Positions 22,047-32,721 of a stretch of 32,721 bases of DNA are shown here, in pieces. The notes beneath the pieces were generated by a model. It ran no database searches. It worked only from the letters and a program-made list of their open reading frames with translations, and had not been told where the DNA came from. Each line of letters begins with the position of its first letter. Within the stretch, counting starts at the first letter, position 1. Source of the stretch: Hyphochytrium catenoides (Eukaryota; Protista; Hyphochytriomycota); the NCBI GenBank assembly GCA_900088475.1, contig FLMG01002847.1, positions 1 through 32,721 on the forward strand. Reading direction: 5' to 3'. The translations under genes and the position numbers were made by a program.

Positions 22047-23844
22047 TTATTTTGACTTTTTGATCTTCTTCGCCTGAGAAACCACGACATGGTCCATGAA
22101 CAGGACAAAGAAGAACTGAAAGATGCCGAAGAATGGCAGCAACGCGAGCTCAAACAAGGTGTTGGGCCGAGGGGCCATCCCATTGCAGTATATCCGCATG
22201 ACCTCACAGGGTAAGTCGTTGGTGATGGCATAGTTACCTGCACAAAAAGGTATACGCGCATTCATCTTACACAGGAATCACCTCAGCTACCATCGACCTA
22301 ACAAAGAACTTACCAGCTGCAATCCCCCGGGCCAGACATGCCGCAACAGCATCAGAGCTGAGTGAGCAGTATGACAAAGAAATGTCAGAAGGGTGCCGGG
22401 GGGCCGCCGTTGATCAGGCAATGATGCAGGGAGGCAGAGGCAGGCGTATGGTCAGTCAGGAAACTGTTTCCGTAGTCAGCACTAGCAAGCGTCGTACCTC
22501 ATCGTGGAGGCCGCTCCTTCTATCTCAAATGTCTCAGCTGGCTTAGTCTTGTTCTCCTCTTCGAAACCAGGGGTGTCAATGTTGGCGGGATAGAAAGAGT
22601 GTACCGTCATCTTATATCTCTTCAACTCGTTCCTGCCACAAGGGAAAGATATGGACAGACAGCGACGTGAGAAAGACAGACTCTATCATACCGCAGTCGT
22701 ACAAACACATATTTAGACAGAGAGCCCAGTAGGAAGCCACGATTGCTGGTCACTTGCGAAAGGAGTTACCTTAAAGCCTCTGCCAGTGCTCGGACTGCAT
22801 ACTTGGTGGGTGAGTAAGAGCCATAGCCGATAAAGCTCACAAAGGCTGCGGCGCTGCTCACTAGAACGAAGGTACCTCGGTTGTCCGCCGCTATCATATG
22901 CGGCAAAGCTGCCTATGGAAGAGATCACGTAGACAGTGAGGGTCGCCTTTCGGGAGGGAGAGCAAAGAGAGAAACAGGAAGCGTAATTGGTATGGAAGAG
23001 CTAGGAGATATGACCTCCACCAGGCAGCCATCATACCTTGACAGTGTGTACGACTCCCATATAGTTGACATCCATCGTCTTCCTGAAGACCGATATATCC
23101 TGGTCCTCAAAATATCCAGGGATAGAGAGCCCAGCATTGCAGATCACGTAGTCAGTCACACGGCCCTGCACGCTGTTTGCCGCTGCGACAGTCTTCTCCA
23201 TTTGTAGCGGGTCCGTCACATCGCAGGTGAAGCAATGCACAGACGCCTCGGTACCACAGGCAGCCTAGCAGCTGGATGTTAGACAAAGAGCTGGATAGAA
23301 AGCGAGTGAGGCCCTCGTCATGCACCACTTTCACCTGTATCGTCTCCTTGGCAGCCTCCAGCTTCTGGCGTGAGCGAGCGACAATAGTCACCTGCAGCCT
23401 CAAGTCAGCCTCGCCGTCAGACCTAAGTGTGAGTAGGGCCCCTACCTTTGCGCCAGCTTTAGCGCTTAGCAGTGCAAAAGAAAGTCCCAGCCCTGCGCTA
23501 CCACCTAGATGATTGTACCCAGTCAGCTGGGAATATCTAAGGCATCGTCTAACTACAGTCATTCGCTTTACCGGTGATAAAGACGTGCTTTCCTTTAGGA
23601 TTGAACCCAGGGGCCGTCAGCCTCGACCAGAGGAAAGTACCCTGCATTCATAGCAGTGAGACGAGCTGTTCCGCTTATTGGCAGGGTAGTCCTAAGCCGT
23701 CTATTGTTTACTTACCACTACTGCCGCTGCGTATAGCGCTCCCGCATAGCCTATGATACATGAGTAGTTTCCACTTCTTAGGCAGTCCCAGCCAAGCTGA
23801 ACTGCTGCCCTCACGCCTTCCATACCTCCCAGCATCTCCATCAT
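22047..23844 (-). CDS. KDSR: 3-ketodihydrosphingosine (3-dehydrosphinganine) reductase, SDR family
   Basis: Nine exons. KHVFITG|GSAGLG (TGxxxGxG), VTIVARS, ICNAG, VNYMG, LVSS, catalytic YSPTK, family signature IDTPGFEEENKTKP, C-terminal hydrophobic segment and terminal KKSK* (di-lysine ER retrieval motif). Yeast equivalent is TSC10. Confidence 0.92.
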
Positions 23845-24592
23845 CCCCAATGTTTCCGCGACGGTCCAATGCGCGATTAGATCTTTTCAAAAGTGACTAG
23901 CAGCGGAGCTTCTAACTCTATAACCGGCCGCCTGCTGAAGCAACTGTCTCCTTGATGCCAAGAGCCGATGATCCAGCGATGAAGTGTGACGAGAGCGCGG
24001 GCGTGCATGATCATCGGCGCTGCTGGTCGGACCTCGAGCTCCAGATCCTGGGGGTCGTGTGAAGGGATGGGGGATACCTTAGAATTACGCATTTCCTCAA
24101 TTACTTATAAAATGAGATTGAGGAACAGCACCCCTTGCTCTTTTAGGGTCACTTCCAGTTCCCTCACGCTACTTGGAGTATGATTTAGTTACAGTGTTAG
24201 TGTTACCGCAGTCCCCTATAGTTAACATGTGGAGTAATAGACTTCATCTCCTAATCTTGTCGCTTTATACAGGTTGTGTCCGATAGTTGGAGATTCAGAG
24301 GCTCGCCCTTGAGGATCCTCCATCAGTCGAGAGCCTTCCTCCTCGCCTTCAGGCCGTCACGGCGACAAAGGAGGAGAGGCTGCTCATTATTGCTTCCCTG
24401 ACACTAGGTTTGGGCCGCAGCCGCAGAGGATGATGGATGATGATGCTCTTTTGCTTGCCGGACGACTCGAGGGACGAGAGCAGGGGTTGAATGCCGCTTG
24501 GGACGTGGTGGTGTTGAGGCAGCACCGATGACTCTGCTGGACGGACGCGTCGGAAGCGTGTGGAGGAAAAAGCTGAGCCTCCCAGGTCAGGT

Positions 24593-27500
24593 CTAAAGAT
24601 GCCGCTTCGTCACAAAAACCTCGCTCATGGGGCTAAAGCTGCTCCAACTGTCTTCATCCGAGGCCTTGACCCTTACAATGTAAGCTTGGCAGGACTTCAG
24701 GCTGCTTACAGTGAATCGTGGCTCAGAGCTGCGACCTCCCTCAGCCACCTTCCATTCGCCCTCTGAGAAGCTATGAGTGGGCCCAGCGCGGGGTAAAGCG
24801 TTGATATGCAGCTCGTAGGAGGAGAGGTTCACCCCTGGAGGGGGAATGCACTCAATGACTGCATATGTAGGTCCGACATCGAGCACTTTAGGCTGTGATG
24901 GTGGGTGCAGAGCTACCGACACAAAGCTTAGTCGTCGGCAGAAGCCATCGAAGAAACAACATGAAGAGCCATTGGCAAACGAAATATAAAGGATGAGAAA
25001 TGGACTGAGTGTTCAGATAAAGCTCTTCAAGGAAAAGAACAGCTGTGCCGGAGCTACACAGTCCGGATCAAGACGAGAGAGGAGGAGCCACGCGGGAGCC
25101 AGATCGGACTCACCTCTCGTCCTGAAAGTAACAGACTCAGAGTACGGCGACCAGCCGAAGTTGGTCTGCATTCTGACTCTGAAGGTGTAGGAGGTCGACG
25201 GCTCCAGATCTGGGGCCTCATATGAAAGATTTACAGTCTCTTCTGCACGATACGAGGCCCAGTCACGTCCTCTAACGTCTCCCACCTCTCCTTCGTCCTC
25301 CCCACTCTCGACCCCTTCCCCGTCTTCCTTCTCATGCTTGGTATCCCCGTCCTGCTTCCAATCTTGGCCCTCGCTTGCCACACGAGCCATCTGCACCTCA
25401 TATTTCTTCGCGAATCCGCCGTGCAGCGGCCCAGGCCGCCAGCCAAGGATAATGGATGTCCTGGTCTCTGCAACAGCATGCAGAGAGCCCGGGGCGCCGG
25501 GCTGAGAGCCTGAGGCTTGCACCCAGCCAGATTGCAGCGCAGCTGGCCAGTCTTGCTTCGCATGTGCAGAAATGGCTCTGACTCTAAACTTGTAGACTGT
25601 TCCTGGCTGCAGAGAGGAGACAAGATATGTCTCCTTGTTAATATTTGAAGCCACCAACCGCCAGGCTGCGTCTCCTTCTGCTTCCTCCTCCCGCTGCTGC
25701 AGCTCGAACGTAGAATCTGACGGAAAGTTGGAAGGCCGCGTCCATGTGATGCGCATGGTAAACCCGGTATTGTCTATCACCTGGATCCCCTCTGCGGGAC
25801 AATGAGAGTCAACCAAAGGTTAGGAAATATCGGCTGTCTTTGAAAAGCTCTGGAGCCGGGGGAGTGGGACATGAAGTGAACGTACTTCGGACTACCAATA
25901 GAGAACAGCTCCAGATAGCTCGGAAAGATAAAGCTCTTGAGGCGGAGGGACATAGAGACTACGCGAGAAGACAGGCACAACCACCATTGAGATATAGAAG
26001 GAAAGAGTCTGGGGCGTCAAGCATAGCGCACATCAGGCAGGAACCCAGAGATGCAATTGGAGAGAGCATTGACATCCTAGAGGTCATAAGTGAACAGAAG
26101 TCTAACATCTAAAGCTAGAGCCGTGTCTCTATCCAAGCCCGAGAGCTAGTACTTCCTTGAACCTACCTCCGCACTTGAGCACACTTGAGAGCTCAGAGAA
26201 GGGACCCCAGCCCAAGGCATTTCTCGCCCTGACACGGAAGATGTAGCATTCTCCTTCTTCAAGCCCACTTACCATGAGAGAAAGTGCGGAGGGAGAGAGA
26301 GTGGAGCTAATTGATATCTGATGGCGCTCAGGATCAGTCCTCCCGTCATCCACGGGGAGCAGGGTGTACCCAGGGTACAACGAGGGGAGCGAGGCGAGAG
26401 ACGAGGGCTCTACAGAGGTAAAGAGTCGTTCACCGTTGCGCTGCCACTGAAGATGTGCCCTGGCTTCTCTCTCCTTTGCTGCCATTTCCTGTGCTAGTCC
26501 TTTCTCCAATATGTACTGCAGTTCATACTCTAGTACCGGGTACCCGTGAGAGAGCGCAGGCGCGCGCCATTGGACAGTCAGAGCAGTCGTGTAGGTGGCG
26601 GCCAGTACTGGACGAGAAGGAGGGTCGGGGACCGAGACTGCCGGCGAGTGCGATGCGAAGGAATGAGGACAAGGCCCGAGAAAGACGGCAACGAATAATG
26701 GAGGGTTACCGGCTGAGGGGAATAGAGAAAACGAACGACTAAGAGAGACGATCTCGGCAGAGAAAGAGAGCTAAGCATACAGAGTATATTAGTATCCCTC
26801 GGTGCGCTAACCAAGTACAGACATCAGTAGCTGCAGGACTAGAGGGGAGTAATAGCGATGACAAAGAAGATCTTGAGGACATTGGCAGGAAGGGAAGGGC
26901 GGGATAAGCGGCGGGCAAGCACAGAGCGAAGGTGCAGAAGGAGGCACAAAATAACTACCGTTAGTGCTGAAAACGAATGCCGAAGAGAGAGCGCTCCATC
27001 CGGCAGCGTTGTGAGACCGAACAGCTGCGACGTACGAGGATCCTGGCTGCAGTCCAGTGAGCGGATAGCAGCCACTGCCCAAACTGTTCTGCACGACATG
27101 GCATCGCACTCCTCTTTCTTCTATCCCGTCTCGACTCCTATCGCTCGTCAGCGAATGCTGTTGCGGCTCTAACTTCTTGACTTCGTGCCAGCTGTGAAGC
27201 GGCCCTTTACTCTCGTGGTCCTCCGGCGATAGCGATAGCTCGAGATAGCGGAATTCAAAGATGTCGACAGGCGGGCAATCCTCCGTCCCAAGCGGCTGGA
27301 CAAGAGAGACGCTCACCTGTCGAGGAAATGTCTGGACCGCGCGCACGTCCTGCGGTATTGGTGGCCGCTCTGCAGGGATATAAAGAGTCCCGGCGGTCCA
27401 AGTGAAAAGTGTGAGATTGAGAGTGCACCGAAAGAGAGAGAGAGAGAATATAGACTAAACAAGAGCCCAGAATGTGTGATTGGAGTAGGAAAGCCCTTGG

Positions 27501-28777
27501 ATGTCCGGCAATGAAGTGAGAAAGCTAACAAGTGAGGGGCAAAGCTAAGGATTGGACATTGAAAAGGACAAAAGGAGCACTTGTGGCACCTATGAGAAGC
27601 GTGGCAAGGGCAGGGTAATTGCAGGCCTTAGCGACATCAGACGGTTTCTGCTTGTACTGCCAAGAGAGAGCGGGGGAACGTGTGTATGGGTTATAATGTA
27701 GACTGTCAGAGACAAAGATAGATAGATTTAACGCATGTATAAGGCAGGGCTGGAGCAGCAGAGCCAAGCAGAAGAGCGAAGTCATTGTGAAAGGAGTGGG
27801 GTTGCAGGCATCGGGAGCAAAGAGTAAGAGCGGGAACCTCATTGTAGACAGGATTCGCGGCGCCTTGCAACGTCAAGAAGTCCAGGATTGTGGCTCGGCC
27901 GTGCATCGCTAAGGAGACCATATGAAGAGACGGGAAGGGGGAGAGGGAGCGAAAGTGAATGCGACGATGACGCAGAGAGAGAGAACAGAGCACAAGGCCC
28001 CACTGCGAAGAGAGAAAGAAGCGTCAAATGCCAGGTATAACGAGTCAGATGATCTCGCGGTGGAGAGCTATGTGATGAGGAACTAGACCAGCTACCTGCG
28101 ACGTGAAGCGCTGTGTTCTTGCATTTCTGAAAAAGAGGGGCGGTGCAGAGACTCTTCAGTACCGCTTGCTTCCCATCCACATTAAAGTCAGTATATCTCT
28201 CACCTTGTCCGCCAAATCAATGTCAGCGCCAGCAGCCAGGAGAGAAGTCACGACGTCCAGCTGATTGAACTCTGCCGCCGCATGCAGCGCACTGTACCGC
28301 AGAACCTATACGGCGGCGAATAGATGGAGAAGTTTAGAGAGAGAAGAGGCCTTGTAGGTTAGAAACCCAACATTGAGCGTCGCCTTGCGCTGACCCAAGC
28401 GGTAGAGCGAGGAGGGAGAACATACCGAGTGAAAGCCGTTGACGTCCACGCCAGCTTCCAGGTGGCGTTTGACCAGCTCTATGTTTCCCTCAGCAGCCTT
28501 CTCGATGAAGTCATCGACAGCGTGCTGGTCCTTAGACAGCGGGAGCTGAGCGCCGCTGGAAGAGTGGGACCAGGACAAGACGAGCAGGGAGGAAAAGGAA
28601 GAAGAAGAGATAAGCTGAGCTCGGAAGTCAAGCTCGAGAGAGCTTGCATGAAAGAAAGTAGATAACAGAGAAATCCAGAGAGAAGAAAATGTACCACTGA
28701 ACAGCCAAGAAGAAGAAGCCAGGAAGAGCGACCAGAGGTTCTCAGGTAGGTCTCTGCCACTGCGGTGGCCCCATCAG

Positions 28778-28811
<34 letters not shown>

Positions 28812-29263
28812 CCTCACTCTCTCTCATCTCAGGAGTATCTCATGCTGTATCTAGCTCTGCCTCTCCTTACTCACGTGTTGGCGTTAGATCCTCCCGCTGG
28901 CTTTGCTGGTCTTCCATCTCTTTTTGCCTCTACCGCTCCTTTTTGCAGATGCGGAACCTGCTGCGGGCTCTCGAGGAGTCTCACGGCCCGCCTTAAAGTG
29001 TTGAGGGCGGCGGAAATGGCAATCTCCCTCTTCTTCTCTCTCTCACTCTCTCTTTCTCCTTCTAAGTGTGCCTGCACCAGCAAGCGAGCGAGGAGATGTG
29101 GGTTGCCGCGAAGATAGCGGTGCTTCTCCGGAGGCAAAATGCTCTCCACCGTCACCTCTTCCTGTACTTTGTGCTGTATGGGAGAGAGAGTCCCTCGCGG
29201 AGAAACATGGGTTTTGCCTTTTTCTCTTTCTCTCTTTTCCATTGCATACTCCGAGCGTGCCAT
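24593..29263 (-). CDS. Ankyrin-repeat (3-4) + five fibronectin type III domain protein
   Basis: The first exon (29263-28876) joins in phase 2 to ankyrin exons (FIEKAAEGNIELVK..AGVDVN; YSALHAAAEFNQ..GADID; NTALHVA|AMHGR; QKPSDVA). Five FN3 units follow, with GLQPGSSY..AVRSHNAAGWS, GLEEGECYIFRVRARNALGWG, SLQPGTVYKFRVRA, DLEPSTSYTFRVR..NFGWSPYS and SLKSCQAYIVRVKA. The exact start is less certain than the domains. Confidence 0.85.
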
Positions 29264-29771
29264 CACGCTTTGAGGGGTGATGGCGCGGTCTCAACATTGA
29301 CCATCTTCAGTCCAACGTTCAGCAGAACAAACGGACAGTCAAAGAGCGAAGGTGACAGGACAAGATTAGGCCAGAAAGAGAAAGAGTGGCTGAAGAACAC
29401 GTGGACTGAGGAGGGAGGAGTAGAGCTATCCCTGGCCTGGAGCCGCGGCTGGAGGAGGGCGAAAGGGACGTTAGAAGCGGTCAGAAGAGGGCATTGAAAG
29501 CACGAGGACACGAGGAAGAGAGGAGAGACAGGAGAGAGACAGAGAGAGAGACAGAGAGAGAGGCAGAGAGCAGAGAGGGAGAGAGCGGGAAAGAGAGACG
29601 AAGAGAGAAAGGAGACGAGACAAACGTTTGTCTGCCGGAGGGCCGGAGACCAAGGCGCCAGAGGAGCCAGGGGAGGAGTCAGCCGGGGCCGTGGCCTTTC
29701 GACCTCCTTCCTCTCACATAACCTCCCCAGAGCCGGTAACGGCAGATAAAATAATCAGAAGAAGCTCTTTC

Positions 29772-29792
29772 TCTCTCTCCTCTCTCTCTCTT

Positions 29793-29833
<41 letters not shown>

Positions 29834-29920
29834 CCCTCTCTCTCTCTCTCTCCCTCTCTCTTTCTCTCTCTCTCCCTTTTCTCTCTCTCTTTTTTTCTCT
29901 TTCCTCATCCCCCTCCCTCT
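29772..29920. repeat. (CT)n microsatellite tract, probably intronic or in a UTR
   Basis: Directly visible. Confidence 0.93.
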
Positions 29921-30520
29921 GTCTTGGTCCTGTTATGTTTTCCCACCTGATGACTCCCATGTCATTTGGAAGGATGTCCGCCCAGCGCTGGGCGCCCGAT
30001 CGCCTCTGCTGCCCGATCCCAAGTTTGCTGAGAGCCTCCTCCAGCCCTCAGATACTGGTCGGTCCCCTCCCTTCCTTCACAGCGCAGAGCAGAATCCTTC
30101 TCCTTCCATCGCTAGCGGCTGCGGAACCAGCAGGAAAGACGATGAAGCTTCCGAACCCTTACGACAGCGGTAACTGAAACAGCCTCAACGTCCTCCGTTC
30201 CTCCTGCCAGGGACCACATCCGCGGTTCATGCATCTCGATAAATGATTTACTTTTCCCTACTCGCGTTCTTCTCGCCATCCTCCTGCATCATCTCTCTCC
30301 CTTTGTCGCTCACTCTTCATTCGAAGCTCCTCCGTTCCCCATATCTCAGGCTCTGAGTCTCTTCTCTTTGCTTGAGCTTCCCGATCCCTTGCCTGACCCG
30401 CTGCCCTCAGAGCTCACACGGCGGCGGAAGGTAGCAGGGCAGGGCACCGAGAAGGCTAGCTCTCCGCTTCAAACTGTGAGCTTGGGCCCGACGGTGGCAG
30501 GAGGCGAGCGCTATGGCTCC

Positions 30521-31093
30521 ATGTCGAGCCGACGGCGGCGCATGCAGGAGCATCAATACAAGTACAGACCAGTCGAAGATATCAACGTGGTTAGCCCTGC
30601 GCCGCCTCCCTATCTCTCTCTCTCTCTCCCCCTTTCGTTCAGTTCTTATAATTCGTCCTTGCGTCTTTTTTCTCTTTCGCAGTCAGCAGCCGCATCAGCT
30701 CAAGGCCCCCGACCTTAAGTCTGTGCCGTTTTCTTTTCGTCTGTTGCGCTCCACGTCCCAGTCTTCCCTACTTTCTCCCTCGCTTTAATATCTTCCTTCA
30801 GTTCTCTTGTCCACATCTACGACTTCACCATGGTCTTATATTTATTACATCCCTGCACGGACAGGGGACCTATCTTCACTCTCTCTCTTTCTCTCTCTCT
30901 CTCTCTTTCTTTATCACCCTTTGCGCGGCTCGCTTACACCGCACGGTAACTCTTTCTTTCCATGACTTGTCCTACCCCATTCCAGGTAAAGAACCCGCGA
31001 ATCATCGCCGCGCTTGCAGTCTCTGGGGTGGTGTTCTTAGTCTTTGGCTACCTCTATCTATACAAGCCATTCGCGCAGCTGTTCTTTGGCTGA
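30521..31093 (+). CDS. Small single-pass membrane protein (58 aa, 2 exons), or the C-terminal part of a longer tail-anchored protein
   Basis: Exons 30521-30589 and 30986-31093, phase-0 GT-AG intron: MSSRRRRMQEHQYKYRPVEDINV|VKNPRIIAALAVSGVVFLVFGYLYLYKPFAQLFFG*. Upstream phase-compatible segments exist (about 29628-30520), but I found no in-frame ATG in them. Confidence 0.5.
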
Positions 31094-31257
31094 GCGCATC
31101 ATAGTAGCTGTCTTGCTATCACCCGCGCAGGGCTCCGGTGACCTCGATCTTCATTTCCACTTTCCAGTCTCTTCCTCCGCCTTGCCCTAGCATATTTCCA
31201 TGCCTCCTATTACTTGCAGCCGTCATCTCGTGCCTTCCTTTGTGCTTCTAGTCAATG

Positions 31258-32490
31258 TCAAACCACAAATGCCCTATCAAGGACGAGGATGGCGGTCTCA
31301 TATCCGAGAAATAGTGCGCCATTGGCTGGAAAAGCCCTCATCACGGCGCTGGACCAGCCGCGGTAGAAGCCTCGGACCCCCGACGCACGGTACACCTCCC
31401 GGACTACATCTTGGATGGTCCCAGAACTTGAAGTCTGAATCCTTGATTTAACCAGATCAGCGGGGAATATCACGGTCCAGGCTGTCATCCCGGCGAGTCC
31501 GCCAGCCAAAAGGATCCGCAACGACCCAAGATCTCCACCGGGCGCGAGGCCGCTCCACCGTCGGAGGAGATAGCTCCAGGTCTCGTAGGAGCCGAAGAAG
31601 CAGAAGTTAAACGGAACATCGCGCATCATCGTCGCCGGCAGACCGCGGAAAAATCCTCTCATACCGCGATCTCGATAAACTTCAGCAGCCACCTTTAAAG
31701 GGGATGGGCGGACTCCTAGGGAGCGATCAGGACTTTGTCACGAGTTCGTAAATGAGGACGAACAGAGACAGAGCGAACAAGACACTGACAGAGAATAGAA
31801 AGACTATGAAAATGACGGCAAGGATGGGATCTGATGACCGCCGACTAGGATTACCTGCTCCCTGAGAGACAAGTCTTGCCTTGGACTGCAGCCTACACTT
31901 TAACAGCTCGGCAGGCGTGATGCACTGTGAGCCCAATGATAGAAGAGTTAATTCTTGGCAGCCTTGGATCTGAGAGTCAAGAGGCTAAACTAGAAATACG
32001 GCAGTGGGGAACGAAGAATGAGACACTGAAAAAGTGTCGTCAGGTATAACGACAAGAGTCTGGTTTGCCAAGCACTCACTGTTGAGGAGATGACACCTGA
32101 GAGACCACCGACTATGGCCATCTCGAACAAAGAAAGTGTCGCTTCATTATCGCCTTTCTGGTCCTTAAGCGCGGTGAAAATGCGCCGTAATGCGCCATTA
32201 GCTGTGAAGACAACTGAGTTCTCAATCAGAGCGCTACCCAGAGCCGGGGTGGCCCCGCGCCATAGAGCTAGGACTCCCTCTGTGCGCACAATCTTTCGAA
32301 TGCAGTCAATGGGTCCGCTGTACCGGGTAGAAGCAGGAAGAGCGGCCGAGCCTTGGAGAGATAGGTGTGGTATGATGGCGGCGGGCTGTGTCTGCAGCCT
32401 CACTTTCGCGACATCGAAGGGGTTGCTGCTGTACACGCAGCACACGGCAGCGAAGCTTCCACCCAGAGTCTCCTTGATGTTGAGGACCAT
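31258..32490 (-). CDS. SLC25A15: Mitochondrial carrier (SLC25), ornithine/basic amino acid carrier-like
   Basis: Three exons. Three Px[DE]xx[KR] signatures (PFDVAKVRLQ, PAELLKCRLQ, PADLVKSRIQ). ORNT1-like segments PAL...IENSVVF, RDVPF...FFGSYE and RAFPANGALFLGYE. The frame is open upstream to an acceptor near 32581, so a further 5' exon is possible. The symbol indicates the closest subfamily, not proven orthology. Confidence 0.9.
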
Positions 32491-32721
32491 GATGGCGCTC
32501 TGCCCGCAGCCGCCGCGACCACTGCCATCTGCGCTCAGCACCTCCACATGGTCCACCAACACCAGGCCGCAAATGATGCTCTGAAGAGATAGATGGATAT
32601 CCTATTTAGGGATCAGTCAACAAGCCTGCGGCATAAGATGAGGCTATTGAGGTTGAGCACGGGGGAAGCCAAGAGAGACAGAGAGAGAGACAAAGCAAGA
32701 GAGAGAGACATCAAAGGCCCA

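Noticed and set aside
24040-24080. GTATCC-starting segment as a U12 intron (similarly GTATCT at about 17634)
   Set aside because: Lacks the full GTATCCTT donor and TCCTTAAC branch site; the 24040-24080 segment is too short and not within a supported gene.
23877-24590. Additional gene or 3' exons between KDSR and the FN3 gene
   Set aside because: No suitable donor before the FN3 stop and no recognisable protein features; probably UTR/promoter.
1-32721. Alternative genetic code, stop readthrough or selenocysteine to explain the fragmented ORFs
   Set aside because: Every break I traced is resolved by phase-compatible GT-AG introns; no in-frame stop remains in the spliced models.
1-32721. CRISPR arrays, transposons, tRNA/rRNA or a prokaryotic operon/defence system
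   Set aside because: No spaced direct repeats, terminal repeats, transposase/RT motifs or RNA-gene signatures were seen, and the gene structure is spliceosomal. Small intronic ncRNAs cannot be excluded without an Infernal/Rfam scan.

Overview
Gene-dense eukaryotic nuclear DNA, probably from a protist (the taxon cannot be identified from the sequence). It has many short canonical GT-AG introns and abundant (CT)n/(GA)n microsatellite tracts, which generate most of the spurious ORFs in the supplied track. Splicing by hand gives about ten genes, all translatable in the standard code: (1) a partial signal-anchored/secreted protein running off the left edge; (2) a B-box-like + two bacterial-type beta-repeats + ankyrin protein; (3) a 2OG-Fe(II) dioxygenase; (4) a long coiled-coil protein with a C-terminal CxxC motif; (5) a KIAA0825/DUF4495-like protein; (6) an MDR-family NADPH:quinone oxidoreductase-like enzyme; (7) 3-ketodihydrosphingosine reductase (KDSR/TSC10); (8) an ankyrin + 5x FN3 protein; (9) a small C-terminally anchored membrane protein; (10) a mitochondrial ornithine/basic amino acid carrier. 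I found no mobile element, CRISPR array, RNA gene or alternative genetic code, and I cannot support a multi-gene novel system. The most interesting items are the bacterial surface-protein-like repeats inside an intron-rich ankyrin gene, the non-animal KIAA0825-like protein, the ANK-FN3 architecture and a 58-aa spliced microprotein. Family assignments rest on motif recognition from memory, not on database searches.
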